64,000 nucleotides of DNA from a virus (lineage: Duplodnaviria; Caudoviricetes), in the IMG/VR virus record IMGVR_UViG_3300030385_001875, positions 905 to 64,904 of that record; one strand, given 5' to 3'. This document shows positions 1-9,048 of the stretch, in pieces (the stretch's first letter is position 1; each line of letters opens with the position of its first letter). The notes under the pieces were generated by a model. That model did no database searches. It was not told the DNA's origin and saw only the letters and a list, made by a program, of their open reading frames with translations. A program made the translations under genes and the position numbers.

Positions 1-1
1 T

Positions 2-3000
2 ATAGTACCCGTCGAAACGTGTTCCATCTGCTCCAAGGATTCATGGTGCATGGAATTTGTCAACGAAGCGGGACTAGCAGAGGCTTTTCTATGTCACAGA
101 GTGCCATCAGACAAGCCAGCGAAGACAGGCAACGGATATCTACATTTCCCTGATCAAAATACCAGCGAAACACGCCCCGTCAAGCCATCGGTACTACACA
201 CCACACCGAAAGAACGTAAAGCTTGTACCCGTATGACTTCCAAGGTGCTCAAAGAGCTCTGGAACATGACAACGTTGAACGATACACACAAGGCGAGGTT
301 ATTGGCTCGTGGTCTCAAGGATCTAACAAAGTATCGAAGTTATCCATCATACAATGAAACCAAGCATATAATGAAGCAATTGTCACAGCGTTACACTGAC
401 GCTGAAATGCTGACAGTCGCTGGGTTCTATCGCACTGCTAACGGTAGTGTTTGGATGCGAAGCGCAGAGAATGCAACGTTGATACCATGTGAAGACGAAC
501 GGGGCGAAATGGTCGGGGCGCAGATCAGGCACGACGACGGAACGGAGGGGTCAAAATACACATGGCTTTCTGTAAATCGACGAAAACGAAGGCGAGGCGG
601 TTCCAAAGCGGGACTCCGACTTCATGTCGCCCAACATCCACAGACCCACGTAACTCAGAATGAAAAATCGAAGGAACTCTACCTTACCGAAGGAATTTTA
701 AAAGCTGATCTCGTTTCGCAGGAACTGGGAATGGTGTGCCTAGGGATTGCGGGAGTGAGTGCATATGACCGTTCCGAACTGAAAAATACTATCGACAAAC
801 AACTTGCCTTGCGAGGAACGGTCAATATTGCATTTGATAATGATAGATTTAAGAATAATCAGGTAGCTAAAGCTTTAGACAGGTTAGCTAAACATATAAG
901 CTCATGGGGATTCAAAGTGCGGTTCTGTGAATGGGACTCAAACTATAAAGGGCTTGACGACTATTTGGTTTCTGCTGGCACTCCAGAAATTGGTTATGAA
1001 CCGTACACCCCACCAATTAGTATTAACTCTATGAGATCCGTACCGACCGTGGTTTTCGATGATGACGGTGAAGTTGTCAGGGAAAACGGGAAAATCGTTA
1101 AGAAAATTCAGGAAAAAATAAGGGTGGTAGACAGTAATTTCACTCCAGAAGAAGTTGAAGTTGATCTGGAAGGGTTAAGGAACTCTATGGGGTCCCGAAT
1201 TACTGATTTTTCTATTAACGGGGGTAGTAAGGGTTTATTAATGCGTGCTATACCCGGACTCGGTAAAACCCATACCAGTCGGATTGTCTTGGAGTCCCTA
1301 GCAGATAAAGGAACTCTAAGACCAGTATTCGCAATGCCTAGACACGATTTAATGGTTAATCTTAAAGATTGGAAACGGATACGTCCCCGACAACCAAGAT
1401 TGCATGAACAACGGTCTATCCCGTTACCTATCCTTCAGAATAGGATCGAAGACGCTATCGAAGAGGCTCATGTAACAGGTCAAGTTAACTATGGAACTCT
1501 ACCCAGTCTCTGTCATCAATGGGAACGAGCCAATCAACTCGCTTCCAGAGGATGGAACGTTGTAAGTAACCTCTGCATGACCGATTGCAGTATCGGGATG
1601 GGTGAATGCTTGTATTTCAACCAGTTTGAACAAACAGGGAGACTGGCTACTGTACATGAAACACTGTTCATCCCACGGTTCTGTAACTCTATATTTGGTC
1701 AGGAAGAAGAAAATATTGACGGTTGGCAAGATACAATCCCACGATTACCTTCCGTAGCAGTAATAGATGAACCTTCACCGTCCAAATGGATCAAGACCAT
1801 CGAGATCGGGTCTGAAGATATGACAAAAGCTATCGAAACTTGTTGGAGTGACGAGGTTTTGGAGCTTCTCAAGGTTGTCAGGGAAGGATATGAAGCGTTT
1901 GTTCGGGATATGGGTGGGTTGCGTACCGTTGGAGGTAAAGATCTAATCGATATACTCATCAAAACAGCAGGTGATCGTGACGTTTTGGACGAATTAGTAC
2001 GTAAATGTGACCCTGATAAGGTCATAAAGAACGAAACTGTGCTCGTTAAGTTCGATTCGCTTACCGTGAACAGGAAATCCAACTTTTCTGTCAGTATTGC
2101 AGGGGAAAACTACTATATTGATTCAGCAAAAGCTAAAATACGTGCAAAAAACCTGCTGGAAGTGGAAAAAGTATATGCACTCATTAAAGAACTCCCTATC
2201 CATAGCGAATTTGATGAATCTGAAGGGGTCCCACTTAACTTTCAATCAGATTTAGTGCGTGTGCTCGATAGAGAACTAAGCAACTATGATGAAAACGGTT
2301 ATAACTCCTCGATTTACTTTGATGTGCAAAAAGGTATTAGACTGAACCTCAAAAACGAACTGGCAGTTCCGTCACATGTACCTCTCATATGTCTCGATGG
2401 TCAAGGTGACCCGAAACTGCTCGAAATGTTAACGGGTAGACCGTTCGATGTCTGGTCTTACGATAAACTCCCTGATACTTCCATCGTGCAGATAGTAGAT
2501 GGTGCTTACGGAGTCACTTCCTTATGGAACTCTAAGACTAAAACGCCTAAGTTTTCCTTGGATAAACTACTCGATACTATCGTGTTGCCTAAAGTGACAG
2601 AGAAACCTGAAAAATGTCTCATAGTAACTTGGAAAGTTATCGCAGATTACCTTAAAGGTCTTCAAGATACTGGGGAACTTTCCGCAGCCGTTGGGATCGA
2701 ACATTATGGGAATCTCAGAGGATCTAACGAATATGAAGACAGAGAAACCGTAGTCCTTTTGGGGACTCCAAACATAAACACTAATCAGCTTGAAGAACAA
2801 GTTAACGCACTCTTTATCGGTGACGAAAGAGTGAATATGGATACCCATAGGGTCTGGGAACAATACGATTACCGTGACAGTAACGGTAAAGGATACCAAG
2901 TGCAAGTCCGAAGGTATCAGGATGAACGAGTTGAACGAATGGCGAGAATCTACAGAGAAAACGAAATGGTTCAAGCTGCTCACCGTGTCCGTCCCGTTGT

Positions 3001-3634
3001 CAATTCGGGTAGCCGAGAAGTAATCATTCTCAGTAACATACCTATCCCGCAACTCGCACCCACTCATTTAACCTCTGCCGAAGATTTATCGAAATCATCT
3101 ATGCCGATTGATCCGAGATCGATCAAATCCAATAAGGTTCTATTACGAGAGGCGACACGGATAGCGAAAGAGGTTATGTTTGAGAACGGATATATCCGAG
3201 CAGAATTACTCGAACCCGCACTACGACTTTGGTTCGACAATTACGCTAATAAGAATACCTTTGACGAAAATGTCGAACCACCGTCACTGTCTGGCTTTCC
3301 TGTATTAAGAACCTTGGAACGATGGGTGAAAAACATCGCTAACGAAGAAGGATGGGATAGTTTGCGGTGTACAGTAACGAATAGGTATGATTTTAACGGT
3401 ACAGGAACCGTAAACGTTGTCGTTTATCACGATGGAACAGTTGGAATTGAAGAAGTCTTGGAATGTGCGAAGACAGATTACCTCAATATGAAGAATATCA
3501 GTACCGAAGATGCAGAAGACTTATTGTTTGAATGGGAACTCTTTGAGAGCGGGCTAAACCCTGAAGATTTCCCAGTCGTAGAGCGGGGCGACCCCCCTTC
3601 AGAAGAAGTTCCAGATTGGTTTGAAAATATATAA
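2..3634 (+). CDS. Primase-helicase replication protein (Zn-ribbon + DUF3854/TOPRIM-like + SF2-like helicase), 5'-truncated by the window
   Basis: Frame is open upstream of ATG50 to base 2 (IVPVETCSICSKDSWC then ...LCHR, a Zn ribbon). TOPRIM-like motifs YLTEGILKAD, IAFDND, KGLDDYL. Walker A AIPGLGKT, Walker B-like VIDEP, late helicase-like motifs LRGSNEY and QAAHRVRP. Confidence 0.75.
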   Translation: MVPVETCSICSKDSWCMEFVNEAGLAEAFLCHRVPSDKPAKTGNGYLHFPDQNTSETRPVKPSVLHTTPKERKACTRMTSKVLKELWNMTTLNDTHKARLLARGLKDLTKYRSYPSYNETKHIMKQLSQRYTDAEMLTVAGFYRTANGSVWMRSAENATLIPCEDERGEMVGAQIRHDDGTEGSKYTWLSVNRRKRRRGGSKAGLRLHVAQHPQTHVTQNEKSKELYLTEGILKADLVSQELGMVCLGIAGVSAYDRSELKNTIDKQLALRGTVNIAFDNDRFKNNQVAKALDRLAKHISSWGFKVRFCEWDSNYKGLDDYLVSAGTPEIGYEPYTPPISINSMRSVPTVVFDDDGEVVRENGKIVKKIQEKIRVVDSNFTPEEVEVDLEGLRNSMGSRITDFSINGGSKGLLMRAIPGLGKTHTSRIVLESLADKGTLRPVFAMPRHDLMVNLKDWKRIRPRQPRLHEQRSIPLPILQNRIEDAIEEAHVTGQVNYGTLPSLCHQWERANQLASRGWNVVSNLCMTDCSIGMGECLYFNQFEQTGRLATVHETLFIPRFCNSIFGQEEENIDGWQDTIPRLPSVAVIDEPSPSKWIKTIEIGSEDMTKAIETCWSDEVLELLKVVREGYEAFVRDMGGLRTVGGKDLIDILIKTAGDRDVLDELVRKCDPDKVIKNETVLVKFDSLTVNRKSNFSVSIAGENYYIDSAKAKIRAKNLLEVEKVYALIKELPIHSEFDESEGVPLNFQSDLVRVLDRELSNYDENGYNSSIYFDVQKGIRLNLKNELAVPSHVPLICLDGQGDPKLLEMLTGRPFDVWSYDKLPDTSIVQIVDGAYGVTSLWNSKTKTPKFSLDKLLDTIVLPKVTEKPEKCLIVTWKVIADYLKGLQDTGELSAAVGIEHYGNLRGSNEYEDRETVVLLGTPNINTNQLEEQVNALFIGDERVNMDTHRVWEQYDYRDSNGKGYQVQVRRYQDERVERMARIYRENEMVQAAHRVRPVVNSGSREVIILSNIPIPQLAPTHLTSAEDLSKSSMPIDPRSIKSNKVLLREATRIAKEVMFENGYIRAELLEPALRLWFDNYANKNTFDENVEPPSLSGFPVLRTLERWVKNIANEEGWDSLRCTVTNRYDFNGTGTVNVVVYHDGTVGIEEVLECAKTDYLNMKNISTEDAEDLLFEWELFESGLNPEDFPVVERGDPPSEEVPDWFENI

Positions 3635-3652
3635 TTACGGAGGACAAAGATA

Positions 3653-3931
3653 GTGAGAATACCTAGTATAGAGAATCTGGATTCCACATATGCTTGGCTT
3701 CGGGGATGTAAACACGCCAAGGCGTTATATATTCCCCCCAAATCGGGTAGGTTTCTTTGGAGCGGTCTTACAGATACCGAAAAAGCGGAATGTGAGGCTA
3801 ATAACGGAAAACTCCCGTGGACATCATGGAACTCTGCGTGGAAAGCGTTTCTGGTGAATTACGAATACACGATGACGAAATTAATAGAATCTGGGCACAA
3901 AGTAAGAACCTTAAATAAGGAGAACCAGTAA
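3653..3931 (+). CDS. Hypothetical protein
   Basis: GGAGG RBS upstream of GTG; tightly packed in the operon. Confidence 0.6.
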   Translation: MRIPSIENLDSTYAWLRGCKHAKALYIPPKSGRFLWSGLTDTEKAECEANNGKLPWTSWNSAWKAFLVNYEYTMTKLIESGHKVRTLNKENQ

Positions 3932-3932
3932 T

Positions 3933-4346
3933 ATGGAAGACCAGTTTATTGTTAGCTTTAATGACGAACTTCATCCTGAAGGGGAGTTCAGGGGAGTTAT
4001 TGGTGATGTAGAGGTCGATGAGGGGCAGTTCGGAAGACAATACAAGTTCCATATAGATACAAATGAATCAGAAAGAGCCCTTTGGTTATGGACACAACTA
4101 AAGACGGGTGAGACCAGCAAATTAGGCAAACTGTTGATGGCACTCAAGAACTGTAACTACAAGGAACTGATGGAATTTCTGTCGAAGGATGGGGATAACC
4201 CCGAATTTGATGTCAGAAACACTATCGGGGCTGCATTAATGGTAACAGTTGAGCATAAAGAGAATCAACAAGGGCAAGCCAGAGCGTATATAACAGATTT
4301 TAAGGGTCTGGAAGGTGATATCGAGCAAGAGGAGATACCATTTTAA
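3933..4346 (+). CDS. Probable phage ssDNA-binding protein
   Basis: 137 aa, beta-rich, acidic C-terminal tail EQEEIPF typical of SSBs; AAGGAG RBS; replication context. Confidence 0.6.
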   Translation: MEDQFIVSFNDELHPEGEFRGVIGDVEVDEGQFGRQYKFHIDTNESERALWLWTQLKTGETSKLGKLLMALKNCNYKELMEFLSKDGDNPEFDVRNTIGAALMVTVEHKENQQGQARAYITDFKGLEGDIEQEEIPF

Positions 4347-5578
4347 TGGATGACAAAAAGATTAAAGTCCCTACAATATATCTTGCGGGAACCCATAGTA
4401 AGGACTGGAGAGGTGAAATTTGCAATTCTTTTCAGATAGAGGATAAAGCTAAGGATTATAACAACCTGCTATGGTCATCAGATTTTGCTGTTTTGGACAG
4501 GTTCAATGGTGTTGGGTTGAAAAGGTTCCATGAAGATTTTAATAATGATATTGACGAGGTTTCTGATTCGGATGGAATATGCAAATCGATTCGTCAGGCT
4601 ACGGAGAAAGCGGATCTTATATTTATTTATCTATCGACACCTCCCGACCCTCTAACCCTTTTAGAGGCAGGGGTGATTTTGGGACAGGAAAGAATCCCGA
4701 TTGAGGGGTTTGATCCGATGCAGCCACATTCCAGAGTCGTGGTGTACATGGATGAACTCGCACAAAAAAGGATAGCTAAAGATCCTGTCTACAGGTACTT
4801 GTCGGAATTAACTGTATATTCTCCTCCTGTGACAATAAATAACGCTTTAAAGAATTGGATATATAAATTTAACTATGACCTGCTTTTACACCCGGATAGT
4901 CCGATAGAGAAAGTGTTTTTTGAGTATTGGCTGGAAGAAATGTGGGCAGATCGGGATATCGGGACTCATCTGGAACCCAACTATCCTGTATACAACTCTG
5001 TAGCGGGACAGAATTTCTATATAGATTTCGTTCATCCTGAAACTCAGGTCGCTGTTGAGCTTGATGGGATGGGGCATTTCGGGGAGAATGTCCCTGAGGA
5101 TGCTGAAACTACGTACCGCAAATATCTGGATGAAGATAAAATCCAGAAACATTATCAACGCCACCGATTATTACAGGAAGATGGGTGGGAACTGGTAAGG
5201 TTTACGGGCCGAGAAGTGAATAACAATACTGTAGCTTGTTGCGAATTTGTCCAGAAGGTTATTAGGTCAAGGATGGGAGCGGTGAAGACACCTGACCCCG
5301 GATTGCTTCAGACAGGCAAAGAACTGAAACGGTTGCGTGTAGATGCGGGGTTAACCCAAAAGCAAGCCTCGGAAGTTACGGGTCTGCAAAGAAGAAGGTT
5401 CTCAGATTTCGAGCGAGGGTTGCTGTATCTGCCTTCTGATTCAGAGGCGTTACTGAGGAAGAAGTATCACGAATTAATCCAACCTAAGCTGGATCAAATC
5501 TTAGAAGAAGTTCCACTAACGTACTCTGATGAGGACAGGCTTGTTGAAACAGGGAACTTGGGGGAGGCTTCGGTATGA
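4346..5578 (+). CDS. Fusion: nucleoside deoxyribosyltransferase-like + DUF559/Vsr-type endonuclease + XRE HTH
   Basis: N-terminal IYLAG..WR...ADLIFIYL..LLEAG; central SPIE..F, YIDF..AVELDG..H, LQEDGWELVRF; C-terminal LKRLRVDAGLTQKQASEVTGL..SDFERG. Confidence 0.65.
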   Translation: MDDKKIKVPTIYLAGTHSKDWRGEICNSFQIEDKAKDYNNLLWSSDFAVLDRFNGVGLKRFHEDFNNDIDEVSDSDGICKSIRQATEKADLIFIYLSTPPDPLTLLEAGVILGQERIPIEGFDPMQPHSRVVVYMDELAQKRIAKDPVYRYLSELTVYSPPVTINNALKNWIYKFNYDLLLHPDSPIEKVFFEYWLEEMWADRDIGTHLEPNYPVYNSVAGQNFYIDFVHPETQVAVELDGMGHFGENVPEDAETTYRKYLDEDKIQKHYQRHRLLQEDGWELVRFTGREVNNNTVACCEFVQKVIRSRMGAVKTPDPGLLQTGKELKRLRVDAGLTQKQASEVTGLQRRRFSDFERGLLYLPSDSEALLRKKYHELIQPKLDQILEEVPLTYSDEDRLVETGNLGEASV

Positions 5579-6072
5579 AGGGGATAACCTTGACACAACA
5601 AGAGATGGTCTTGGGGTGTACCGTAGGGCTGACGAGGTATGCAGAAAGCATTTCCAAGAACAGGAAACCTCGGTTCCCAGAACAGTTTCCAGATCAAATG
5701 TTGCTTTTTCATCAGTTGGGCGCATGTGCTGAAGTCGCTTTTTGTAAGTTTGCAGGTCTATTTTATTCTCCTACGGTGAACAAGTTCGGTCACCCTGATA
5801 TCGGTGACGATATTGAGGTGAGATGGAGTAGTAGGGACACTTTAAAAGTTAGCCCTAAAGATAATAATGTTTACTGTATATCCATGAGTGGGAATTTACC
5901 AACGTTTGTGTATAACGGCTGGATTTGGTCGGAAGAAGCTAAACAGAAAAAGTGGGAAGCTGATCCGGGCGATTGGGGGAAACCAGCTTTTTTTGTTCCA
6001 GTAACCGATCTTCGTCAAGGTAAGATTGAGAGGGATGCGGAAGTTGTCGAAACCTCAACGGTTACGGGTTGA
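5575..6072 (+). CDS. Hypothetical protein, possible PD-(D/E)XK nuclease
   Basis: GACAEVAF...PDIGDDIEVR motif; ATGA overlap with the previous gene. Confidence 0.5.
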   Translation: MKGITLTQQEMVLGCTVGLTRYAESISKNRKPRFPEQFPDQMLLFHQLGACAEVAFCKFAGLFYSPTVNKFGHPDIGDDIEVRWSSRDTLKVSPKDNNVYCISMSGNLPTFVYNGWIWSEEAKQKKWEADPGDWGKPAFFVPVTDLRQGKIERDAEVVETSTVTG

Positions 6073-6463
6073 TCTCCAGAATTTAAAGTTCCCGTCGCTT
6101 AATGAGATGTACGGGGGGAACCATTTCGTCAGGGCCAAGATTAAGAAAACATTTGGGATAGTATTAAAAGCAATATTCAGGCGAGAATTTCGTCCTGTTA
6201 ACCAGTATCCCTTTAAGATCCAGTTTACTTGGTATTTCCCTGATTTTAGGACAGATCCTGATAATCGTGCTGGGGTTGGACAGAAAATAGTGCTTGACTC
6301 TTTACAGGATGCTGGCATTATTAGGAACGATACCTTGAAGGATGTGAACTATATTTCACATTCTTTTAGTCTCGATAGGGAAAATCCGAGATTAATAATC
6401 AGGTTAGATGAACCGCAACCTGAAAAGGAAGAGAGTTCGGATAACCAGTTAAGTTTTTTATAA
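6026..6463 (+). CDS. rusA: RusA-like Holliday junction resolvase
   Basis: PSLN, DPDN..QKIVLDSLQDAGIIRND catalytic Asp/Lys pattern, ENPRL.I. Start codon uncertain. Confidence 0.75.
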   Translation: MRGMRKLSKPQRLRVDLQNLKFPSLNEMYGGNHFVRAKIKKTFGIVLKAIFRREFRPVNQYPFKIQFTWYFPDFRTDPDNRAGVGQKIVLDSLQDAGIIRNDTLKDVNYISHSFSLDRENPRLIIRLDEPQPEKEESSDNQLSFL

Positions 6464-6473
6464 AGGAGAGTGT

Positions 6474-7100
6474 ATGTTAAGCGGGTTGAAATTTTCTTAC
6501 GTAGACGTTATCGAGGAGCTTCTTCAGGCAGAGGGACTATGGGTGGACGATCCTGACGATAAGGGAGGGGCAACTATGCGGGGTATAACGCTAAAATCTT
6601 ATTGTGCATATCTCGGTAGAGATGTCTCTAAAGATGAGTTGAGGGACCTATCCAAAGAAGATGCTGTTAAGTTCTATAAAGGAACGTATTGGGACGGTGC
6701 AAAAGTAGATACATTCAGTGATGAATTGAAGCATTTGTGGATGGATATGAGTGTCAACCACGGAAAACGGAACGCAGGTAAGATTTTGCAGCAAAGCGTT
6801 AATACGAAAGAGAATGCAAATGTTCTGGATGTGGACGGGATTGTAGGGAGTGGCACGTATAATGAAATAGGCATCCTTGGTATTAAGGATGTTTTAGTCG
6901 AAAGAGCAGTGTTTTTCGTTAATAATATCTTTGATGGGTCTCGATACCTAAAACGTACACCTCAAGCTAAATTTATACGTGGATGGTTCTTTCACAGGGT
7001 GTTCCATTTCCTCACTTATCCGTTGGAGGTTGTTATTAGGAAAAGGGATGCGGAAATCGAGGTATTAAATGAACGTGTTAAGGAGTTGGAGAATGCTTGA
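6474..7100 (+). CDS. Endolysin, glycoside hydrolase family 108 with peptidoglycan-binding domain
   Basis: EGLWVDDPDDKGGATMRGIT; DMSVNHG..AGKILQQ; VDGIVGSGT; KFIRGW. Confidence 0.85.
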   Translation: MLSGLKFSYVDVIEELLQAEGLWVDDPDDKGGATMRGITLKSYCAYLGRDVSKDELRDLSKEDAVKFYKGTYWDGAKVDTFSDELKHLWMDMSVNHGKRNAGKILQQSVNTKENANVLDVDGIVGSGTYNEIGILGIKDVLVERAVFFVNNIFDGSRYLKRTPQAKFIRGWFFHRVFHFLTYPLEVVIRKRDAEIEVLNERVKELENA

Positions 7101-7185
7101 AGCTGTTGCTGTTTCTGGTGGTGTTGTTTTAGTTACAGCTTTACTGATTCTATTTATACGAAGGTTACAGAGTGGGATTAGGTGA
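7093..7185 (+). CDS. 30-aa single-TM peptide after the endolysin (not in the ORF track)
   Basis: MLEAVAVSGGVVLVTALLILFIRRLQSGIR; AGGAG RBS; overlaps the endolysin stop. Confidence 0.45.
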   Translation: MLEAVAVSGGVVLVTALLILFIRRLQSGIR

Positions 7186-7426
7186 GATACTCAAGGGATA
7201 TCTATACTGGAAAGGATGGAGGTCTCTATGGAAAAGGGGCAGGAAAGCTAATCAAGAAGCTATTGAAGACCTTCTTAACCAAATTAGGATTTCTGGTAAG
7301 ACCGTTTCTGAGACCGAAGAAGTAGAGAGGGTTCCTATCATGGAAAGCAAATCTAAATCGTTTACTGACAGTGAACTTTATGAAAAGGAGCGTCAGGTAG
7401 GGATAGAAAATTACCATTGGTAGCTT

Positions 7427-7633
7427 ATGAAAACATACAGGATAACGTACACCCAAGCCAGCGAAAACACGGTTGAGATAGAGGCTTCTAATGCTAAGGA
7501 CGCATGGGAGCTAATCAAGAAGGGGGACCTTGAGAAGAATAAGAGTGTTCTGTGGAATATTCAAGGAAATAGTGTGTTCAAGGTCAAACTAACAGAAGAA
7601 ATAACGAAGCATATAGCGAGTAATCCAGCGTGA
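7427..7633 (+). CDS. Small DpnD/PcfM-like protein
   Basis: MKTYRI...TVEIEASNAKDAWELI pattern. Confidence 0.5.
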   Translation: MKTYRITYTQASENTVEIEASNAKDAWELIKKGDLEKNKSVLWNIQGNSVFKVKLTEEITKHIASNPA

Positions 7634-8061
7634 AAAAGGATAGGAATATATATACTATTTGCCCCACTTGTAACAAGGAGTTCTCTTATATACCTAGAAG
7701 TATCAAGAAACAGACGTATTGCAGCCATCCATGTTACTTGAACAATTCTGAGAACAAGTCTAAACGAAGGAAAGTTTTGAGCCATTATTATAATAAGGAT
7801 TGATAAGGATTGATATGGGTGATCTTTTCTGGTGGATTGCAACTCTGATCGTTGTTTCTATTATATTAATGTTTTCTATTATTGGATTAATCACAACAGT
7901 TGGATGGGTTGTAGTTCGCTTTTTGGGATGAGGTATCCCAAAAAGCGAAGGTTTAAGGTTGAATGGATAGAGAAAATCGTTGAGAAGAGACCTACCTTTT
8001 GGCGCAGGTTTATTATTTGGTTTAAGAAATCTTTTTGGGATAAATAGGTAAATTCAGTTAT

Positions 8062-8129
8062 GGGGCAGTTTTCCCGATTCACAGCGGGATAATAGGTCGG
8101 TTCGGCAGATCTGGCCTATTTACTGCCCC
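8062..8129 (+). ncRNA. Candidate structured RNA (three-way junction) between 26-bp direct repeats
   Basis: GGGGCAGT/ACTGCCCC closing stem; TCCCG/CGGGA hairpin; 13-position hairpin 8091-8120 with G-U pairs, one mismatch and a GGCA GNRA loop. Confidence 0.45.
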
Positions 8130-8250
8130 TTGGTTTAAAAAATCCTTTTGGGATAGGTCGTAATGTTTAGTTTTATATTAATGGTAGTTTCAGCTTTTGT
8201 TGTTATGTATGCTGCTGTATGGCTTATTAACGAGATATATAGGAGATAAT

Positions 8251-8487
8251 ATGGCTAAAGCGGGGAGGCCTTACTTGAAAGAGGTAAAGCCTGAACAATA
8301 CAAAGAAACTATAATTACGATGATGAGATATGGCACTAATGTAGACCAGATTGCGAAAAATTTAAATATGAATGAATCTACTTTGGGTGATTTCATCAGG
8401 AAAGAAGGTATAGATTGGGATTTAAGACGCAGGTCTTGGGGGTGGAAAACTGAAGGAAAGCTGAATAGGAGAAAGAGAGGTAGATAA
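8251..8487 (+). CDS. Small HTH DNA-binding protein
   Basis: AGGAG RBS before ATG8251 (the track starts it at 8197); GRP motif and NVDQIAKNLNMNESTL HTH. Confidence 0.6.
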   Translation: MAKAGRPYLKEVKPEQYKETIITMMRYGTNVDQIAKNLNMNESTLGDFIRKEGIDWDLRRRSWGWKTEGKLNRRKRGR

Positions 8488-8493
8488 GGAAAT

Positions 8494-9048
8494 ATGAATA
8501 ATTTGAAACGGACTTGGAAGTATTCAGAGGAAGAGAAACGTCATGGTGTGTTTCTTTATATGCTTTGCGGTAGATCGTTTCAACGTGCAGCGGAGATGAT
8601 GGGGGAGCCGTGTACCAGAGATCGTATACGGTCATGGGTCGAGACTTATAGGCATGATGGAAGGTTTGAAGAGATAACGGCTGAAGCGGAAGACTTGTTC
8701 GCTAAAACCCTAATGACTGCTGCGGGAACTACCCTTTCAGTTATGATGAGTAACTTGGAAGAAGCGGATTTAAGGACACAGTTACTTGTTTTTGACAGAG
8801 TTATGCACTATTATAATACGTTTAGGGATCAACCTGTACAGTTGACTGCACAGCATAAAACCGTTGTGAGTATCACTGAAGGTGAAGTAAAAAAAGAGAT
8901 AGAGAAGGTGTATGGTGGACTTATCAAATCAATCTCTAGTGGACCTGTGGGAAACGGCTTACCTGAATCATCCCCAGTTGTTAGTGGAAAACTTGGGGCA
9001 GATGACGGCAGCAATGGGAGCACTGTTAAAGGTACAGAGCAAGAGTAG
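8494..9048 (+). CDS. Probable terminase small subunit
   Basis: N-terminal HTH (YSEEEK...SFQRAAEMMG..IRSWV); directly upstream of TerL. Confidence 0.6.
   Translation: MNNLKRTWKYSEEEKRHGVFLYMLCGRSFQRAAEMMGEPCTRDRIRSWVETYRHDGRFEEITAEAEDLFAKTLMTAAGTTLSVMMSNLEEADLRTQLLVFDRVMHYYNTFRDQPVQLTAQHKTVVSITEGEVKKEIEKVYGGLIKSISSGPVGNGLPESSPVVSGKLGADDGSNGSTVKGTEQE

Noticed and set aside
8062-8129. tRNA or hammerhead ribozyme call
   Set aside because: It has only two internal arms, no proper D/T loops or CCA, and no CUGAnGA/GAAA core. Kept as an unclassified structure.
8912-9048. 137-nt TerS/TerL overlap as a programmed frameshift
   Set aside because: Such overlaps are common, I could not support a slippery site within the overlap, and TerL may start at a later Met.
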